From NCBI GenBank assembly GCA_945906305.1, contig CAMDQT010000009.1, positions 1,828-65,827 on the forward strand: a stretch of DNA of 64,000 bases, in the 5' to 3' direction. The notes under the pieces were generated by a model that did no database searches, was not told the origin of the DNA, and saw only the letters and a list, made by a program, of their open reading frames with translations. The translations under genes and the position numbers were made by a program. Of this stretch, positions 9,609-18,097 are shown in pieces (position 1 is the stretch's first letter; each line of letters begins with the position of its first letter). The DNA is from Ferrithrix thermotolerans DSM 19514. GTDB taxonomy: Bacteria > Actinomycetota > Acidimicrobiia > Acidimicrobiales > CAIXPF01.

Positions 9609-10445
9609 TCAGCCCAACAGGCCAGCGTAACGGTCCATAGCGGCCAGAATTTTGTCCGGGCTGGCCACGGGCAAACCGAAGGCCACCCGCTGCACCCCGG
9701 CGGCTTGCAGCGCAGCGAGGTTGGCCGGCGCAGGGTCGGCGCCGAACACCGTGACCTGCAACGCCTTGGGGTCACGCCCGGAGTCGGCCCAGGCGGCACG
9801 CAGAGCAGGCAACTCGGCCACGATCTCGTTGCGACCCTCGATGGGGGCCCATCCGTCGGCGTAGTCAGCGACTGCGGCGCGCAACTTCGGTCCGGCCCCC
9901 GCGGCGATCAGGATTGGTGGGCCGGGCTGGCGCACCGGCTTGGGATAGGCCCGCGACGGGCCAAAATTCGTCCACCGACCCTCGAAGGAGACCAGCTCCT
10001 CAGGCGACCACAATGCCCTCATCGCGGCGATGTGCTCACGGGTGCGTTCCCGCCGATCGCCAAATACCACCCCGTGGTGGCCCAACTCGGCCCGGTTCCA
10101 GCCGAACCCGATGCCGAACACGAAACGACCGCCCGACAACCAGTCCACCGAGGCCACCTGCTTGGCCAGCCAGATGGCGTCATGCTGGGGCACCAGGCAA
10201 ATCCCGCTGCCCAGCTTGATGCGGCTGGTCACCGCTGCGGCAGCCCCGAGGGCGGCGAACAGGTCGAGGGTGTGGGCGTAGTGGCCGGGCACCACTGGCC
10301 CCCCCGGCCACGGGCCGCTCGTGGTCGGCAGGTGGCTGTGTTCGGGATAGAAGACCGATTCGAAGCCGCGCTCCTCGGCCGCTCGGGCTAGCTCCGCCGG
10401 GCCCATGGTGATGTCGCTCGGGAAAGCGAGCAGTCCGATGTCCAT
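9609..10445 (-). CDS. LLM-class F420-dependent oxidoreductase
   Basis: 278-aa core starting MDIGLLAF at ATG 10445. VDWLSGGRFVFGIGFGW motif. The 531-aa track ORF's N-terminal extension overlaps the MFS gene on the other strand and is low-complexity. Confidence 0.85.
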   Translation of the reverse strand: MDIGLLAFPSDITMGPAELARAAEERGFESVFYPEHSHLPTTSGPWPGGPVVPGHYAHTLDLFAALGAAAAVTSRIKLGSGICLVPQHDAIWLAKQVASVDWLSGGRFVFGIGFGWNRAELGHHGVVFGDRRERTREHIAAMRALWSPEELVSFEGRWTNFGPSRAYPKPVRQPGPPILIAAGAGPKLRAAVADYADGWAPIEGRNEIVAELPALRAAWADSGRDPKALQVTVFGADPAPANLAALQAAGVQRVAFGLPVASPDKILAAMDRYAGLLG

Positions 10446-10529
10446 GGCCGAACCGTACCGCCACGACCGCCACCGCGTCGCCACCGCAGGAGCGACGCTT
10501 GCCTTCGCTCGGCGTGGAATACTGCCGCG

Positions 10530-11705
10530 GTGCGAAACCTGTACCTGGTTGCTGCAGTCACGATGGCTGGCGTCAGTTCGGTGTTCGCGTTGCTGGCCGA
10601 ACTCCAGCAGCGCTACGACCTGCCCACCGCCAGCCTGGGCTGGATCGCAGGGGCCGCTTTCGCCGCCGCGCTGGTGACGCAGCTGTCCATCGCCCGCTAC
10701 GCCGACCGCGGCTATGCCCGCTTGGTGCTGCGCATCGGGGTGACGGCCGCCGCTCTCGGTTTGCTGTGGTTCGCGGTCGCCACCGAACTGTGGCAATTCG
10801 TCGCCGCGAGGGCCCTGCTGGGGGCCGGAGTGGGCATGTTGGTCCCGCCTGCGCGGCGGGCCATCCTGCTCACCTCGACCGGCAACCAGGGCGAGCGACT
10901 CGGCACCTTTTACGCTGCGTACCTGGCGGGGTTCGTGTTCGGGCCACCACTGGCGGGGGCCCTCACCGTGATCGCCGACGTTCGGCTGCCCTTTGCGGTA
11001 CTCGGCGTTGCCGTGCTCGCCATGCTCGTACCGATCGCCCGCATCGACATGCCCGAGGCAGAGCGCAACGAGCGCCCGGCGACGAAGGCCGACAAACGGG
11101 TGATCCGGCGCCTCGTGCTGGACCGGCGGGTAATCGCGGCCGTTCTGGTCATCGTCTCGTTCCGCTACTCCATCGGGGTTTTCGAACCGTTGTGGGCCAT
11201 CCACCTCGACCGATTGGGGGCGTCGACCATGGTCGTCACCCTGTCCCTTACCGGCTTCGCGTTGCCCATGCTGCTGGTGGCCCGACGCGCTGGGGCGCTG
11301 TCGGACCGCTACGGACCCCGCTTCACCTCAATCGTTTCGGCCCTGGCAACCGTCCCGCTGATGGCGTCCTACGGCTACCTCACGTCGATCCCGGTCATCG
11401 CGCTGCTGGTGATCGCCCAGGGCCTCTGCGAAGCGGTGCAGTCACCGGGAAGCCAAGCGGCCCTGGCCGACGCAGCCCCCCAGCGGGATGCTGCTTCGGC
11501 GCAGGGCCTTGGTGAGGCCGCAGGGTCTGCGGCGGCGGCGATTGGTGCCCTCACCGCGGCACCGCTGTACGCCAGGGCCGGGGCGGGACCGGCCTGGGCA
11601 CTGGCCGGGCTCGTCATGACTGCGCTGCTCACCTCCAGCACCTTGCTCGACCGCCCGGCCCGGCCAACTCGCCGGGGCAGGGCGGCCATCGAAACCGGCC
11701 CTTGA
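10530..11705 (+). CDS. MFS transporter
   Basis: 391 aa, about 12 predicted hydrophobic helices. ARYADRGYAR loop resembles the MFS motif A region. GTG start. Confidence 0.8.
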   Translation: MRNLYLVAAVTMAGVSSVFALLAELQQRYDLPTASLGWIAGAAFAAALVTQLSIARYADRGYARLVLRIGVTAAALGLLWFAVATELWQFVAARALLGAGVGMLVPPARRAILLTSTGNQGERLGTFYAAYLAGFVFGPPLAGALTVIADVRLPFAVLGVAVLAMLVPIARIDMPEAERNERPATKADKRVIRRLVLDRRVIAAVLVIVSFRYSIGVFEPLWAIHLDRLGASTMVVTLSLTGFALPMLLVARRAGALSDRYGPRFTSIVSALATVPLMASYGYLTSIPVIALLVIAQGLCEAVQSPGSQAALADAAPQRDAASAQGLGEAAGSAAAAIGALTAAPLYARAGAGPAWALAGLVMTALLTSSTLLDRPARPTRRGRAAIETGP

Positions 11706-11742
11706 CCAAGCCTCGCCCGGCCATGGCCGCGGGCCACTCGGG

Positions 11743-12828
11743 TCATCCAGTCAGTGCACTCCCCGGCTGCCACGGTGCGATCTGGCCTTGGTACACCGAG
11801 GCACCGTGACGGAAATGCGCTGCCTCTTCCAGCGTCTCGATGAATGGCATGTCCACCGGGTACACCCGGTCCGCTCGGGGTCGCGGCCCGGACTTGGAAA
11901 CGTGGCCCCACAGCGAATGGCCAACCACCTCCTCCGCGATCCAGGCCGCCTCGATCAACTTGTCGAGGTCGTAGCCGGTTTCGATCCCCATCTCGTGGCA
12001 CAGGTCGACGAAATCTTCTGTCGGCACATGGCCAGCCGAACGGCCGTTGCCGCAATAGGGGCAGCCCCCCATCCCACCGATGGACGTGTCGAACTCGCTG
12101 ACCCCGAGCAAGAGCGCCTCGTAGTAACTCGCGATGGTGGCGCCACGCGAGTTATGCAGGTGCAGGTGGAAGGTCTCGATCTCCGGCCACCGTTCGCGCA
12201 CCGATTCGATGGTCTCACGAACCTGGTGGGGCACGTTCCATCCCATGGCATCCGAGAGCGACAACCGCCCCACCTCGAACCCGGCGTCATGCCAAGCGTC
12301 GACCATTATCTCCAGGAAGCTCAGTCGCTGATCCAAGGAGAACGGGCCCTCGAAGTTGGAGCCGAACGGGCTACCGAGGGTGACCGCGCCGCGCTCGACT
12401 CCGGCCCGACTCGCAGCGGTGATGGTGCCTTCCATGGCGCCGAGTTGCTGAGCCTGGGTCCGGTTGTAGTTACGGCGAGCGAAGGAGTCACACAGCTCCA
12501 CATGGGTGCTGTAGTGCCGGGTCCGGACGTCAAGCTTGGGAAAGAAACGATCGGCCCGATCGAAGCCGACCTGGTTGAAGATCGCCGCGGTGTAACGGAT
12601 ACCTGCCTTGGGCACGAACCGCTCGGCCAGCTCCTCGATCTCAGCCATCGACGGTGTCCACTTGGGATGGGCGAAGGAGCCGATGGAGATGACCTTGGCC
12701 CCGGTCTCGCCCAGCGCGTCGATTAGGCGCAGCTTGGCCTCGACGGGGATCGTCGCACTCTCGATCTGCAAGCCCTCCCGCATCGAGTCGTCGGTGATAG
12801 TCACCCGTTGCGGCCAGGTCCTGTTCAT
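11743..12828 (-). CDS. HMGL-like (DRE-TIM) lyase, hydroxymethylglutaryl-CoA lyase family
   Basis: 361 aa from ATG 12828 (MNRTWPQRVTITDDSMREGLQ). HLHLHNSRG metal site, GGMGGCPY. The upstream part of the 522-aa track ORF was rejected. Confidence 0.8.
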   Translation of the reverse strand: MNRTWPQRVTITDDSMREGLQIESATIPVEAKLRLIDALGETGAKVISIGSFAHPKWTPSMAEIEELAERFVPKAGIRYTAAIFNQVGFDRADRFFPKLDVRTRHYSTHVELCDSFARRNYNRTQAQQLGAMEGTITAASRAGVERGAVTLGSPFGSNFEGPFSLDQRLSFLEIMVDAWHDAGFEVGRLSLSDAMGWNVPHQVRETIESVRERWPEIETFHLHLHNSRGATIASYYEALLLGVSEFDTSIGGMGGCPYCGNGRSAGHVPTEDFVDLCHEMGIETGYDLDKLIEAAWIAEEVVGHSLWGHVSKSGPRPRADRVYPVDMPFIETLEEAAHFRHGASVYQGQIAPWQPGSALTG

Positions 12829-12934
12829 CGCGTACCTCCTGCGTCGGCGTGGGTGCAGCGTACGCCGAGGATCGCCGCCACGAGCGCGGCCCGAAGCGGC
12901 GATGCGGCGCGGCGCGGACAAGTAGGGTTCGGTC

Positions 12935-13801
12935 ATGACCACCGGTGTCCTCGCCGCCCTGCACATCCACCCGGTGAAATCTTGCCGGCGCATCGAACTG
13001 TCCGAGGCAACCGTGTCCGCCTGTGGGTTGGACGGCGACCGCGAATGGCAGATCGTCGACGCCGATGGCGGGGCCGTCACCCAGCGCCAGCATCGGATAT
13101 TGGCCACCATCAGCACCGAGCTGATCGGCCGCGACCTGCGCCTGACCGCGCCGGGCCGCGGCCACGTCGAGATCACCCGCCCCACGGTCGAGGACCGCAC
13201 CGCCATCGCCCTACTCGGCGACGAGGTCGCCGTTGGAGACGGTGGCGACGAGGTAGCGGCCTGGCTGAGTGCGGTGGTGGGCATACCTTGCCGTCTGGTG
13301 GCCCTCACCAACCCCGATGCCCGTCATATCAGGCTGGTCCGCACCCAGCCGGTGACCTTCGTAGATGCCGCACCGGTGCTGGTGGCCAACAATGCTTCAC
13401 TGGCGGACCTTCAGCGCAGGGCCAGAGAACCATTCGGTATGGAACGTTTCCGGCCCAACATCATTCTCGACACCGACCAGCCATGGGCCGAGGACACCTG
13501 GCGATCTTTCGCCGTGGGCGCGGCGCAGCTTGAAGCCCTGTTGCCCTGGCCTCGTTGCACGATGCCCCAGATCGACCAGGACAGCGCTGAGCGGTCCAAA
13601 GAGCCAGCCCTGGTGCTCAAGGCGCACCGCTGGTGCACCTCGGCGCCGACGCTGTCACGGGGCCTGGCGGCGGTTGTGGAGGGAAAATCCCTGTTCGGCA
13701 TGGCCTGCACCATCACTACCGTCGGCACGGTACTTCGCGTCGGCGACGTCCTCACTGTGCACCAGGTCGGCGACGCACTGCTCGCACCGCCCACTGCCTG
13801 A
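12935..13801 (+). CDS. MOSC domain protein (MOSC_N beta-barrel plus MOSC)
   Basis: 288 aa. LHIHPVKSC start, FRPNIIL and PRCTMP motifs typical of MOSC proteins. Confidence 0.85.
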   Translation: MTTGVLAALHIHPVKSCRRIELSEATVSACGLDGDREWQIVDADGGAVTQRQHRILATISTELIGRDLRLTAPGRGHVEITRPTVEDRTAIALLGDEVAVGDGGDEVAAWLSAVVGIPCRLVALTNPDARHIRLVRTQPVTFVDAAPVLVANNASLADLQRRAREPFGMERFRPNIILDTDQPWAEDTWRSFAVGAAQLEALLPWPRCTMPQIDQDSAERSKEPALVLKAHRWCTSAPTLSRGLAAVVEGKSLFGMACTITTVGTVLRVGDVLTVHQVGDALLAPPTA

Positions 13802-13899
13802 ACTCGGACCACCAACGGCGCTTGGTACCAACGCTCGCCTCGCTCGCGCTCGCCCCGTCCGCCCCAACCGATCGACAACGCCCGATACCATCGCGAAGC

Positions 13900-14661
13900 G
13901 TGCGCGACCTCTCTTCGAAGAACTTCCTGGCGGGCCCTAGCGACCCGCCAGAATCGCAGCCGAAATCGCCCGCGGTCCATCTCGAGGATCGCTATACGGT
14001 GAGCGACCGCACGGTCTACCTCACCGGGAGCCAGGCCTTGGTGCGTCTGCTCATCGAACAGGCCCGACGCGATCGCGCCGCGGGCGCTTCGATCGGAAAT
14101 TTCATCACCGGCTATCCCGGCTCGCCCCTCGGCGGTTACGACACGGCACTGGCCGCAGCGGGGGAGCACCTTTGACGCTACGACATCGTGCACCGGCCGG
14201 CCATGAACGAAGAACTCGGTGCCACCTCGCTGTGGGGCACGCAGATGGTGCTCGCGGCGGACGACGCCTATTTCACTCTGCCCGCCCGTAAGGAAGGCAT
14301 TGTCCCTGGGTTCGGCAACCTGCGCCTACCGCGTCAGGTCGGCGAACGACTAGCCCGCCAGATGATCATGTTCGAACGCCGCGTCGAGTGCGACAGCGCG
14401 GCCGGATCGCTGATCGTCGACCGGGTCGTGCCCGCCACCGCAATCAGCGCCGCCATCGACGAAACCGTGGAGTTTCTCACCGGTTCGGGGGTGGTCAGCA
14501 CCGCTTCCAACCGTCGCAGCCTGCGCGTCGCCACCGAACCGCTCGACCTCAATCGTCGCTACGCCGCCACCTATGCGGAGGAACAGGCGCGGTGCCACTT
14601 CTCCCCGGCCCTCGTCGACAACCTCGAGAAGTTCTGGAACGCCGACCAGCGCCGAGCTTGA
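13900..14661 (+). pseudogene. Chimeric remnant: indolepyruvate ferredoxin oxidoreductase-family N-terminus (in-frame TGA at 14173-14175) fused to an enoyl-CoA hydratase/crotonase-fold C-terminus
   Basis: LEDRYTVSDRTVYLTGSQALVRL...GYPGSPLGGYD...GEHL*RYDIVHRPAMNEELGATSLWGTQ matches the IOR-family N-terminal consensus. All of it lies in one frame, and that frame continues into AADDAYFTLPARKEGIVPGFGNLRLPRQVG (crotonase). Full-length IOR-family proteins are over 1000 aa. Here only about 115 codons are present. Confidence 0.6.
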
Positions 14662-14712
14662 TGCGCGAGGCCCGAGTCCTCACCGTCGCCGTTGGCGTCG
14701 TGAACGCCGGGA

Positions 14713-15351
14713 TCACACTGCCGTCGTGCTGGTCGATGTCGACACCAACGCGGTCGTCGTCGAGGCTGTGGTCGCGACGGTGGCTGTAGTTGAGGTCACG
14801 GTGGACGTCGAGGTCACGGTGGACGTCGAGGTCGCGATGGACGTCGTGCTCGAGCCGGTGGTCGTGGTGCTGGTGAGCGACTCGACAAGCCGGGCCGTTA
14901 TCGTCCCACTCGCCGTGATGGAGAAGGTCATCTCCACAAAGCGGGCACCGCTTACGAAACGGACCAGCATCGTGGACGGTACGTTCTGGGTCCGAATCCA
15001 GGTCCAACCAAGCGCAGGATCCACGGCTTGAAGATCGACCCCCCAGGCCGACCCGCTGACCGTCACCGTTCCGGCAGGCCCGGCACGAAATTCCATCGCC
15101 CCATTCGGCAACGCCACCGTGGGGTTCGCGTCGCCCGTCGTGGTGGGCATCGTCACCGTAGGGGGAACCGTCACCTTGAGCACTTGCGCTGCGGGCAGGG
15201 TCACCCCGCTGGGCGAGGTGACCCCGGAACCCACTCCGGCCAAGCTGCTCAGGTCACACCCGCCGAGCGCAACTGCAGCCAACAACGGCACCGAAACGAT
15301 GGTAAGGAGGTGCCTGCCACGACAACGCGCCCTCCACAGAACACCGACCAT
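14713..15351 (-). CDS. Putative secreted lipoprotein with C-terminal Thr/Ser-rich low-complexity tail
   Basis: 212 aa. Signal peptide plus lipobox (LLAAVALGGC). The last ~55 residues are almost only T/S/A/V. No recognisable domain. Confidence 0.6.
   Translation of the reverse strand: MVGVLWRARCRGRHLLTIVSVPLLAAVALGGCDLSSLAGVGSGVTSPSGVTLPAAQVLKVTVPPTVTMPTTTGDANPTVALPNGAMEFRAGPAGTVTVSGSAWGVDLQAVDPALGWTWIRTQNVPSTMLVRFVSGARFVEMTFSITASGTITARLVESLTSTTTTGSSTTSIATSTSTVTSTSTVTSTTATVATTASTTTALVSTSTSTTAV
14771..14845. repeat. 18-bp coding tandem repeat (GAGGTCACGGTGGACGTC, 2 perfect copies, 1 near copy, 1 degenerate copy)
   Basis: Copies at 14792-14809 and 14810-14827 are identical. Copy at 14828-14845 has 2 mismatches. 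On the minus strand the repeat encodes TSTVTS units of the lipoprotein tail. Confidence 0.85.
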
Positions 15352-15448
15352 GGATTCACGGTAGGGACCTTGCCCGTCAGATCAGTAGAGGCCGAACCCC
15401 CGGCGAAGGAAAATCCCACGAATCGGGGACACCGCGCCGGCTCGCGGT

Positions 15449-16480
15449 TCAGGGCCGGGCGGCAGGATCGACCCGCTCGACCAGCCAGGTGGCGAGCGCC
15501 GCGTTGAGCTCGAAAGGCTTTTCTTGTGCCACCCAATGGCCGCAATCGAATACCCGCTCCACCAGATCGTGGCAGTGCTGGCGCATTGGTTCGGCCAGCG
15601 ACGAGTCCAACGTCTCGCAGGTGTAGTCGTAGCGGGCATGCACAAACAGCACCGGCAGGTCCAACTCGCCGCCGTTCACGGCCTCCGCGGCATACGCCGC
15701 GTTGTCCTCGTTGTTCATGTACCAGGCGTTGGGCCCCGCGAACCCGTTGCGGCCCATGGCCGCGCTGTAGGCCGCCAAATCAGCGTTGGTGACCACGTCA
15801 TGGTCGGCCCGGATGTCGGGAGCCTCTGCGGCCCCACCAAACCAGCCCCCTGCCGCCCGCACCGTCGCGGTCACCGATGGCTTGCCTGCCCCGGCCGGGT
15901 TGCCCTTTCGGAACAACGCCTTGAGCGTGTTGTAGGGGTTGGCGTCCATCACCGCGGTGGCCCGCTCGAATTCTTCGCGGTAGTAGACCTGGTAGTCCCA
16001 CTGCCCATAGCGATACTGCTCGGTCGGATACAGCCGACGGTCCACCAGGGCCACGGTGTGCTCGAAACCGCGTTCGAGCGTCCAGTACGGTACGCACAGC
16101 ACGGCCACTGCCGAGCAACGCTCCGGATGGTGACTAGCCAGGTTCCACACCACCGGGCTGCCCCAGTCGTGGCCGACCCACACGGCGCGCTCGTGGCCGA
16201 GTCCGTCGAGGAGCTCGACCATATCGGCCACGATGTGGCGCTGGGCGTAGGCGTCATGAGGCCCGTAGACCGTGGACCGGCCATAGCCGCGCATGTCCGG
16301 GGCGATGGCCCGATAGCCGAGGCCAGCGAAGACCGGCAGCTGGTGGCGCCAGCTGATAGCCAGCTCGGGCCAGCCGTGCACGAAGATGAGCGGCGGGCCC
16401 GTTACCGGGCCCGCCGCCAGGTACGCTGTGGTATGACGGCCAGTCCGAACGGTATGTTCGGTAACCTCGACGGACGACAC
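15449..16480 (-). CDS. Epoxide-hydrolase-type alpha/beta hydrolase
   Basis: 343 aa. HGWPE motif, GHDWG nucleophile-Asp elbow, CGHW near the C-terminus. GTG start 3 nt after the upstream stop. Confidence 0.85.
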   Translation of the reverse strand: MSSVEVTEHTVRTGRHTTAYLAAGPVTGPPLIFVHGWPELAISWRHQLPVFAGLGYRAIAPDMRGYGRSTVYGPHDAYAQRHIVADMVELLDGLGHERAVWVGHDWGSPVVWNLASHHPERCSAVAVLCVPYWTLERGFEHTVALVDRRLYPTEQYRYGQWDYQVYYREEFERATAVMDANPYNTLKALFRKGNPAGAGKPSVTATVRAAGGWFGGAAEAPDIRADHDVVTNADLAAYSAAMGRNGFAGPNAWYMNNEDNAAYAAEAVNGGELDLPVLFVHARYDYTCETLDSSLAEPMRQHCHDLVERVFDCGHWVAQEKPFELNAALATWLVERVDPAARP

Positions 16481-16483
16481 GGC

Positions 16484-16978
16484 TCAGGCCCGCCCAGGAC
16501 GACTGAGTACCGCTAGAACCTCGGCCGCGGCGCGCAGGACGGCCTCGGACAGATTCTCCGGAAAGTCGGTGGTGTCGATTAGCGCATCGGCGGACAGGCT
16601 CCAACGCGTTCGGCCATCGGTAAGCACCGCGTTCACCCCAGCCTCGGACACCTCGCGCTCGACGACCTCGAGTCCGTCGTAAACGGTCACGTTCATGTCG
16701 GCGATGCTGTGCTGTTTGAGCACCTCCTCGAACACCCGAGGCGACAACGTGGGTGGGTCCACCACCGCGAGGTAGGGCCGCAGCACGTCAAGCACCCCGT
16801 GCGGAACGAGGGCCGCCACCGCCTCGGCGGCTAGGGGCACGGGAAACTCCGGATCGGGCCCGATGCCGGCAACGTGGCCGACCATCAGGCACGGGACGCT
16901 GTACCCGCTAGCGATCTCGGCCGCCGCAACGGCACCCGGACCACCACCCACGATCAGCAACGGGGTATCGATGTTCAT
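16484..16978 (-). CDS. Small protein with N-terminal dinucleotide-binding motif (truncated flavoprotein-like), function unknown
   Basis: 164 aa from ATG 16978 (MNIDTPLLIVGGGPGAVAAAE = GxGxxG). It sits between the cyclase stop (16984-16986) and the hydrolase start (16480). Far shorter than typical FAD monooxygenases. Confidence 0.5.
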   Translation of the reverse strand: MNIDTPLLIVGGGPGAVAAAEIASGYSVPCLMVGHVAGIGPDPEFPVPLAAEAVAALVPHGVLDVLRPYLAVVDPPTLSPRVFEEVLKQHSIADMNVTVYDGLEVVEREVSEAGVNAVLTDGRTRWSLSADALIDTTDFPENLSEAVLRAAAEVLAVLSRPGRA

Positions 16979-16983
16979 GACGC

Positions 16984-17934
16984 TCAGAACACCGCAAGGG
17001 GGTTGGTCGGGCTCCCCGTTACGCCCTGGAAGCGGATGGGAGCGAGGGCGAACTGGAACTCCCATCGGCCGAGACGCTCGCAGGTGGCCGCGAGGTTCTC
17101 AAGTTGGCAGTTGTCGATCAGCCACAGACCCATCGCCACGATACCGACCATGTGAATGGGCATGGTCACGGTCCGATAGCCCGCTGGGCTGCAGTCCTGG
17201 GCCACATCGGAGCCGATCATGGAGATGCCACGCTCGTGCAACCATGGCAGGCACGCAGCTTGGTAACCCGAGCGCGGCTTGTTCGGGTTGTATTTCTTTC
17301 CTTCGGATCGCCGCGCTCCGCCTTCACCGGTGCGCATCAGCAGGACGTCTCCCGGTTCGAGGCGAACACCGGCCGCGGCTTCGGCCGCCTCAAGATCCTC
17401 GGGGTACACCTGGTCGTTGGCGTCGAGCACGTCGACTCCGCGCAGCCGGGCGATGTCGAGCAGCACCCCGCGGGTCACGACGCCGTCGGATACCGCCAAC
17501 ACGTCGTGTTGGAGCGCGCCCTGACGGTCAGACACCAACGACGCCGGGGCACCGTTGTACATCTTGCCATCCCAAAACAGGTGGGCGAGCGAGTCGAGGT
17601 GGGTGACGTCGAGGCCATGGAACACCATCCCGATGAACTCCTGCGCACCGCCGGCGCGACCCATCCAGTTCCGGCGACCCTCGTCGCTGAGACCAAGCCC
17701 GGTGGAGAGCATGTAGCGCTGCGATTCGACGGTGGCACCGGGCTGCTGGCCGGTGCGAATGTCCCAACTACAGGACACAGACAGACCCTCTTGGACGAGC
17801 TGGGCGGCGGACACCCGCTTGGCCGGGGTCAAATGGTTGAGCGTGCCCAACCGGTCCTCGCTCCCCCAACGTCCCCAGTTCGACAGATCATCGAACCAAG
17901 CCAGTACTTGCTCCTCGGACGGCGGCGTCGGCAT
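16984..17934 (-). CDS. Cyclase family protein (kynurenine formamidase-like fold)
   Basis: 316 aa. The WGRWGSEDRLGTLN N-terminal signature and HLDSLAH segment are typical of putative cyclases. Confidence 0.8.
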   Translation of the reverse strand: MPTPPSEEQVLAWFDDLSNWGRWGSEDRLGTLNHLTPAKRVSAAQLVQEGLSVSCSWDIRTGQQPGATVESQRYMLSTGLGLSDEGRRNWMGRAGGAQEFIGMVFHGLDVTHLDSLAHLFWDGKMYNGAPASLVSDRQGALQHDVLAVSDGVVTRGVLLDIARLRGVDVLDANDQVYPEDLEAAEAAAGVRLEPGDVLLMRTGEGGARRSEGKKYNPNKPRSGYQAACLPWLHERGISMIGSDVAQDCSPAGYRTVTMPIHMVGIVAMGLWLIDNCQLENLAATCERLGRWEFQFALAPIRFQGVTGSPTNPLAVF

Positions 17935-18097
17935 CGTATTCCCCCTACGGTTTTCGCGACCTTGACGCCCGACAGCAGCGGGCTGCGGGCCAGGGACACG
18001 CTAGGCCCTGCGCCCTGGTTTGGCCATCGAAACTCGGGGGGAGAATCGCGGGCGGCGACCGAAGGAGGCCATCGTTTCGCCGCTACGGTGGGTAGCG

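Noticed and set aside
10446-11204. 5' extension of the LLM ORF (531-aa track ORF)
   Set aside because: It overlaps the MFS gene on the opposite strand and has no homology-like motifs. The LLM fold begins at MDIGLLAF (ATG 10445). The same reasoning was applied to the 5' extensions of the ORFs ending at 11743, 43713, 53661, 62542, 37073, 38760, 26874 and 59213.
11718-11729. 12-bp palindrome CGGCCATGGCCG between convergent genes as a bidirectional terminator
   Set aside because: As RNA it would form only a 4-bp stem around a 4-nt loop, and there is no U-tract. GC-rich palindromes of this size are common in this DNA.
14173-14175. In-frame TGA read as selenocysteine or programmed readthrough
   Set aside because: I can see no SECIS-like hairpin immediately downstream. 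IOR-family proteins are not known selenoproteins to my knowledge. The downstream frame runs into an unrelated truncated crotonase fragment, so a functional product is implausible.
14771-14845. Short direct repeats as a possible CRISPR or minisatellite locus
   Set aside because: The units are contiguous with no spacers, are only 18 bp long, are in frame, and encode a Thr/Ser repeat. No cas genes are present.
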